From sequence record MF327004: a stretch of DNA of 64,000 bases; one strand, 5' to 3'. Positions 59,783-64,000 of this stretch are shown here, piece by piece (positions within the stretch are counted from its first letter, which is position 1; each line of letters opens with the position of its first letter). The translations under genes and the position numbers were made by a program. Below the pieces are notes generated by a model. That model saw nothing but the letters and a program-made list of their open reading frames with translations. It was not told where the DNA came from and did no database searches. The stretch is from Shigella phage Sf17.

Positions 59783-60055
59783 ATGTATACTACTAATGAC
59801 GGTCGAACTTTGAACGTAACTTTAAAACACTATATAGACGGTGTATTAAACTTTGAAGAGTTAAGAGCAGAACAGCACCTATTAGATTGGCAAGTAGCAG
59901 GTTTACAAAAACCCGCCACAGGATATGGAAAGAAAATTCCTACATCTTGGAAAGTTCGATACCTTGGAAAGTTACGCAGAATTTATCAAGATGTTTATAG
60001 TAATAGCGGTGTAAGTTACATTATTGTTAGCGGTAAAAAATTGTATTTAGTCTAA
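59783..60055 (+). CDS. hypothetical early protein
   Basis: 90-aa ORF behind leader-only cassette copy. Confidence 0.45.
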   Translation: MYTTNDGRTLNVTLKHYIDGVLNFEELRAEQHLLDWQVAGLQKPATGYGKKIPTSWKVRYLGKLRRIYQDVYSNSGVSYIIVSGKKLYLV

Positions 60056-60063
60056 TAAATTGC

Positions 60064-60092
60064 TTTACATGGGGTTATCAAGTTGATAAGAT
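60064..60092 (+). promoter_or_regulatory. early-cassette promoter TTTACA-17-TAAGAT
   Basis: Same cassette architecture, leader variant AACCTAAACTGGAGACTAGAAAATG. Confidence 0.5.
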
Positions 60093-60144
60093 AGCCCCAG
60101 ATAAAGAGATTTATCTAAAACTAACCTAAACTGGAGACTAGAAA

Positions 60145-60552
60145 ATGACTAATGTTAATCACAAAGAAGTTGCAATTTTGAAAGCACGTTTGACCATTAA
60201 CCGCATCAACATTGTAACATCAGCAGCACCAGACGAAACACTACATAATATCATCGGTAAAATTCAGGGCGCAGTAGTAGACACAAAACAGCTTAAAGAA
60301 TCCTTGCAAGATGTAGCAGCAGGAGCTATAATTGACGGTGCTCAGTATGAGATGAAAGAAATGCTGTCAAAGTCAAAAGTAATGAATAAAGAACTTGACT
60401 TGAAAATGTTTAGATTTGCTGTTAAAGTGTGGCTATGTGTTGATTTTGATGCAAACTTTGCAATTGCTGATTTCTTTGCAACATGGTTACAGCGTAACTT
60501 ACCGGTTGAAGTTTTCCGTGAAATCTGCGATGCAATTTATTCAGAGATTTGA
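60145..60552 (+). CDS. hypothetical early protein
   Basis: 135-aa ORF behind cassette leader. Confidence 0.45.
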   Translation: MTNVNHKEVAILKARLTINRINIVTSAAPDETLHNIIGKIQGAVVDTKQLKESLQDVAAGAIIDGAQYEMKEMLSKSKVMNKELDLKMFRFAVKVWLCVDFDANFAIADFFATWLQRNLPVEVFREICDAIYSEI

Positions 60553-60581
60553 TTGACATTGCAAAAGCATAGTAGTAGAGT
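60553..60581 (+). promoter_or_regulatory. sigma70-type promoter TTGACA-17-TAGAGT
   Basis: Begins immediately after preceding stop; followed by ACTCATCAACGGGGCAAG motif. Confidence 0.5.
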
Positions 60582-60658
60582 ACTCATCAACGGGGCAAGC
60601 TGATACATGCCGACTCTTAACACAACTTGATAACCTTGGCAAGCCGTTTTTATATCAT

Positions 60659-60826
60659 ATGCCAGATAACACTGCAAAAACTTACAGTTACATTGTAAAC
60701 CGTTTTACGGCTTATGGTTCAAAGTATGGCTATAATGTCAAGACTCAAAAAGTGACTTTGTTCACAAGTATTGAAGAGTTACCAACTGTTGCCGTTAAAC
60801 TAATCTTTACAAAGAAAACTAAATAA
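60659..60826 (+). CDS. possible small ORF
   Basis: 55-codon ATG ORF downstream of promoter 60553-60581, no clear SD; below ORF-track cutoff. Confidence 0.25.
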   Translation: MPDNTAKTYSYIVNRFTAYGSKYGYNVKTQKVTLFTSIEELPTVAVKLIFTKKTK

Positions 60827-60831
60827 AGTGC

Positions 60832-60860
60832 TTTACATGGGGTTTATAGTTAGATAAGAT
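60832..60860 (+). promoter_or_regulatory. early-cassette promoter TTTACA-17-TAAGAT
   Basis: Same cassette architecture. Confidence 0.5.
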
Positions 60861-60910
60861 AAGCCCCAGATAAAGAGCTTTACCAACAATCCTAAACTGG
60901 AGAATCTAAA

Positions 60911-61468
60911 ATGAAATGCTTTCATGGTACTACACAAGAAAACTTTGTAAACCTTATCAATGGCGGTGATAAACCATCAGGAGCTTGGAATTGCTCTGAT
61001 ATGGATGGATGTTTTTACGTCTACCCTGTTAACAAGTTCTATGATGTAGAGAATCTGGATGACGAACAAATCACAGATGAAGGTATTAGAAACGCGCTTG
61101 ATAGCGCAAGCATTACAGCAGCCTATCAAATGAAGTCACAAAAGCTTGTTATCTTGGAACTGGATATTCCAGAAGATGATTTACAAGATGACTGGAGCTG
61201 TGAGAACATGAGCGACGTAGCAAGCTTTACAGAATATTTCGATAAAGAATGGATTAAAAAGGTTTACACAACTGAATTTAATGCTATGTATGCACCTTTC
61301 TTTGTCCCTAACCTAAACAATAGAAATTTAGGATATGTACCAGACGAACTACGCAACATTGCAGAAATAGTCCAACGTAGTGATGGGATGAGTAATGTAT
61401 ATTGTGATATCTTTGACACCATGCAATGCAACGTAACAGAAACGGTTATAAACGACTTAACAGCATAA
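60911..61468 (+). CDS. hypothetical early protein
   Basis: 185-aa ORF behind cassette leader. Confidence 0.45.
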   Translation: MKCFHGTTQENFVNLINGGDKPSGAWNCSDMDGCFYVYPVNKFYDVENLDDEQITDEGIRNALDSASITAAYQMKSQKLVILELDIPEDDLQDDWSCENMSDVASFTEYFDKEWIKKVYTTEFNAMYAPFFVPNLNNRNLGYVPDELRNIAEIVQRSDGMSNVYCDIFDTMQCNVTETVINDLTA

Positions 61469-61531
61469 ACCATAGAATCACACCAGTTCACTAGAAAAGC
61501 CCCGCACAGGGGCTTACAAGAGGCTTAAAAG

Positions 61532-61762
61532 ATGCTTACAACAATCTATCTTATCTTATCTATCTGCAATGGTTCACAATGTGACTTTAAAGGTTTAGAA
61601 GAGTTTACAGGTAGCGAAAATAATGCTATTGTTGCTTGTCAGATAGCAAGGCAAGACTACCCTACATCAGATGATATCCAATGTTACTATAAATCAGAAG
61701 ATGAATACGGGATTTATTTTGATAGTGTGAATGGTGATTATGAAATTCTTATAGAAAAGTAG
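61532..61762 (+). CDS. hypothetical early protein
   Basis: 76-aa ORF with AAGAGG SD, preceded by hairpin AAGCCCC-gcaca-GGGGCTT. Confidence 0.4.
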   Translation: MLTTIYLILSICNGSQCDFKGLEEFTGSENNAIVACQIARQDYPTSDDIQCYYKSEDEYGIYFDSVNGDYEILIEK

Positions 61763-61791
61763 TTGACACTGAAAACGCAAACCAGTAGAGT
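61763..61791 (+). promoter_or_regulatory. sigma70-type promoter TTGACA-17-TAGAGT
   Basis: Begins right after preceding stop; followed by ACTCATCAACGGGGCAAG and cassette leader. Confidence 0.5.
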
Positions 61792-61847
61792 ACTCATCAA
61801 CGGGGCAAGTTAGAAGCCCCAACAATCCTAAACTGGAGATTCAAAAA

Positions 61848-62069
61848 ATGTTGCAAGTTCTTAACGTAAAAACCATTGATTTTAAATTCTCAAATGTTCG
61901 TCGTACCTATTTACAACCGTTTAATAACCCTGTTAGAATTCCCAATGATGACGCTAAAAAGTTGATTGATGAAATTCTAGCTAATGGCGGTTATCTGGCT
62001 AGTCATAAGCAGTATAATGATGAGGCTGGAAGCCTGATAAATGAGTTTACATATTATTACTACAAATAA
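61848..62069 (+). CDS. hypothetical early protein
   Basis: 73-aa ORF behind cassette leader. Confidence 0.45.
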   Translation: MLQVLNVKTIDFKFSNVRRTYLQPFNNPVRIPNDDAKKLIDEILANGGYLASHKQYNDEAGSLINEFTYYYYK

Positions 62070-62081
62070 CTAATAAAGTGC

Positions 62082-62110
62082 TTTACATGGGGTAAACTGG
62101 AGAATCTAAA
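62082..62110 (+). other. truncated early cassette (-35 and GGGG joined directly to SD)
   Basis: AAAGTGCTTTACATGGGGTAAACTGGAGAATCTAAAATG: the -10, CCCC arm and leader body are missing. Confidence 0.5.
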
Positions 62111-62308
62111 ATGTTATCACTGATGCAAAAACTTTCTACCTTGTGGTGTTTAAAAGGTGTAGAGTGTAACCTTAACATGGAAGGTTCAAAGATAGACCTA
62201 AAAATAGTATACAATGGAGAAATACTATTCTCACAGAATAGCAGTCATCCACACTTCAAAGATAATGCAATTATGGCCGTGAATAATCTGATGGATAGAA
62301 TTTATTAA
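62111..62308 (+). CDS. hypothetical early protein
   Basis: 65-aa ORF behind truncated cassette. Confidence 0.4.
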   Translation: MLSLMQKLSTLWCLKGVECNLNMEGSKIDLKIVYNGEILFSQNSSHPHFKDNAIMAVNNLMDRIY

Positions 62309-62313
62309 AGTGC

Positions 62314-62342
62314 TTTACATGGGGTTTAAAAGCTAGTATCTT
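62314..62342 (+). promoter_or_regulatory. early-cassette promoter TTTACA-17-TATCTT
   Basis: Same cassette architecture, weaker -10. Confidence 0.45.
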
Positions 62343-62393
62343 AAGCCCCAAAGAAAGAGCTTTACCAACAATCCTAAACTGGAGAATCTGAAA

Positions 62394-62735
62394 ATGGCCT
62401 ATGTAACAATTATCACCGATAAAGAAAATTCGTCATGGTCTACCCAAGTTAACGACAAAATGAAACCTATGCAGTGTCTCAAGTACTTTGAGCAATGGAA
62501 CAGGGGAGAAGATGTAAGCCCGTTTCAAGTGATGCAGATTGTACATGTTGACAATGAAGGGAATAAAACTACCCTTAACACTGAATACTATGCTACACGT
62601 TTCGAAACTCGCAAATCAGCTATGCAGGAGTTAAGAGAAAAGGGATATAGTCACATTGCCGCGCTCATTTGGTCTGATTTGCTTAAAAAACAGTCATTAA
62701 CCTATGTTAAGCCAGAAAAAATCTTTATAAGCTAA
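62394..62735 (+). CDS. hypothetical early protein
   Basis: 113-aa ORF behind cassette leader. Confidence 0.45.
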   Translation: MAYVTIITDKENSSWSTQVNDKMKPMQCLKYFEQWNRGEDVSPFQVMQIVHVDNEGNKTTLNTEYYATRFETRKSAMQELREKGYSHIAALIWSDLLKKQSLTYVKPEKIFIS

Positions 62736-62862
62736 TCAACAACTTATAAAAATCTTTTGAAAAACTATTGACAATGCCCCTTGACAAGTGTAACTTTGTT
62801 CGAGGGGGTTTATCTAAAAGGGATTAACTTAATAGATTCTTTATAGATAAGCGTAAAAAGTA

Positions 62863-62891
62863 CTTGCAAAGGTCTAATCATATCTATATAG
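62863..62891 (+). promoter_or_regulatory. sigma70-type promoter TTGCAA-17-TATAGT
   Basis: Upstream of leader TTCCTAAACTGGAGAATCACTAAATG. Confidence 0.45.
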
Positions 62892-62931
62892 TATCTTCAA
62901 AAGGCAACTTCCTAAACTGGAGAATCACTAA

Positions 62932-63063
62932 ATGTTAGATATCATTAAAAACCCTATCCTTTGCGGTATGATTGTTTCTGTTGTGTTGCCATTAGCAATG
63001 CTCATCATTGGTGAAATCTCAGATAAACTTTTTGATAAAAAACTAGGGAGACTTCCCCACTAA
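62932..63063 (+). CDS. small hydrophobic peptide
   Basis: 43-codon ORF MLDIIKNPILCGMIVSVVLPLAMLIIG... behind cassette leader; its last codons are the GGGAGACTTCCCCACTAA element. Confidence 0.35.
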   Translation: MLDIIKNPILCGMIVSVVLPLAMLIIGEISDKLFDKKLGRLPH

Positions 63064-63092
63064 AACAAAATTCCTAAACTGGAGAATCTAGA

Positions 63093-63620
63093 ATGAATAA
63101 GTTTAATGCTGTTAATGCAATCCGTAGCCGTGAAGTGATGAGCAAGCCTTGTAAAGATACTTGGGAATTTACCTTAAAGAGCAAAGTTTTTGCAGTTATC
63201 ACAAAAGGGGAAGATAAGAAGTTTTATGTACACCGACCAAATGTAAAAGCGGTAACAGCCAACAACTTTATGGGGGCTATTTCTCTTATTCTGAATGATT
63301 ATATGGCTATAGTCGCAGAAATTCACGAAATGGCTATTAAGGCAACTAAAAACGAGTTAAACCGCTTTAAAATGGCTTATGAGCGCTCTATTAAGTCCCA
63401 TAATCTTTTTATTGCAATCCACTATACAGGCATGTATGCTATGGGAACGGGTAACCAACAATACCCACTCTATGAAGTGGAAAACATCTTTACAAGTGAC
63501 TACCCAACAACTAATTTTAAAATTACGTTAGGGGAAGCATTAAGTAGGGGAATTAGGCTTTACGAACAATCTTTAAAAAACTTAGAAAATTCCCTTGACG
63601 AAATCATCACAAATCTATAA
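63093..63620 (+). CDS. hypothetical early protein
   Basis: 175-aa ORF behind cassette leader. Confidence 0.45.
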   Translation: MNKFNAVNAIRSREVMSKPCKDTWEFTLKSKVFAVITKGEDKKFYVHRPNVKAVTANNFMGAISLILNDYMAIVAEIHEMAIKATKNELNRFKMAYERSIKSHNLFIAIHYTGMYAMGTGNQQYPLYEVENIFTSDYPTTNFKITLGEALSRGIRLYEQSLKNLENSLDEIITNL

Positions 63621-63623
63621 AGT
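63595..63623 (+). promoter_or_regulatory. sigma70-type promoter TTGACG-17-TAAAGT inside 3' end of ORF 63093-63620
   Basis: Followed by ACTTATCAACGGGGAGGGAGACTTCCCC hairpin and leader. Confidence 0.45.
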
Positions 63624-63685
63624 ACTTATCAACGGGGAGGGAGACTTCCCCACTAAAACAAAATTCCTAAACTGGAGAATCTAGA

Positions 63686-63949
63686 ATGAATAATCAAGAA
63701 ATCACTATCCTGTTACAAATCGGTACTGACAAAGAAGATATCCAACTTTGCAAACGTATTGAAAGTGATTGGTTCAACGGTGAAATCATCGCAGAATCTT
63801 ATGAAGTAGTTGGATTTATGAATGGTGCAATTGTAAGCCATTTCGGTTTAACTAAATCTGAAGCCGTTGCAAAGTATGACGTTTTATCTTGTGAGATTCT
63901 TACAAAATACAATGAAAAAAGACTTGCAACTTATGCAGCAATGAATTAA
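63686..63949 (+). CDS. hypothetical early protein
   Basis: 87-aa ORF behind cassette leader. Confidence 0.45.
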   Translation: MNNQEITILLQIGTDKEDIQLCKRIESDWFNGEIIAESYEVVGFMNGAIVSHFGLTKSEAVAKYDVLSCEILTKYNEKRLATYAAMN

Positions 63950-63952
63950 TAT
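63924..63952 (+). promoter_or_regulatory. sigma70-type promoter TTGCAA-17-TAATAT inside 3' end of ORF 63686-63949
   Basis: Followed by TTTCAACGGGGAGGGAGACTTCCCC hairpin and start of another leader at window edge. Confidence 0.45.
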
Positions 63953-64000
63953 TACTTTCAACGGGGAGGGAGACTTCCCCACTAACCTAAATTCCTAAAC

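Noticed and set aside
60553-60600. MotA-box (T4 middle promoter) reading of the early cassettes, since TGCTTTACA resembles the MotA box
   Set aside because: Spacing to the -10 is 19 bp from the box end, whereas TTTACA at 17 bp from the -10 fits an ordinary sigma70 promoter; no MotA/AsiA-like genes recognised in the window.

Overview
This window is a segment of a tailed dsDNA phage genome (contractile-tail, myovirus-type), AT-rich, with tightly packed genes in three transcription blocks. (i) 1-15.8 kb, + strand: tail module (sheath-like, tube-like, frameshifted tail-chaperone pair, tape measure, baseplate genes, two His-rich tail fibres). (ii) 15.8-27.0 kb, - strand: thymidylate synthase, DHFR, small early ORFs, DNA ligase and a family-A (T7-type) DNA polymerase. 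(iii) 27.3-64 kb, + strand: dNMP kinase, T7-type primase-helicase, acidic-tailed SSB, flap endonuclease, aerobic and anaerobic ribonucleotide reductases (nrdAB, nrdDG), PRPP synthetase plus nicotinamide phosphoribosyltransferase, rIIA/rIIB, lysis candidates, a Poa1p-type macro-domain protein, and finally a run of about 17 small ORFs, each behind a repeated promoter-hairpin-leader cassette. The gene content is reminiscent of Felix O1-like enterobacterial myoviruses, but that is inference only. The most unusual items are: phased pentanucleotide (NNACC)n arrays with capping hairpins that bracket a two-gene cassette at 19.9-21.5 kb; tandem ~45-bp direct repeats at 56.9-57.2 kb; the modular early-promoter cassettes; and an NAD-centred trio (PRPP synthetase, NAMPT, macro domain). 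No rRNA, tRNA, CRISPR array or integrase was found by eye. Every functional call rests on motif recognition and gene order read from the translations; no database search, HMM or folding computation could be run. Several ORF-track starts are GTG/TTG; where an ATG with a GGAG-like Shine-Dalgarno lies just downstream I give that coordinate.
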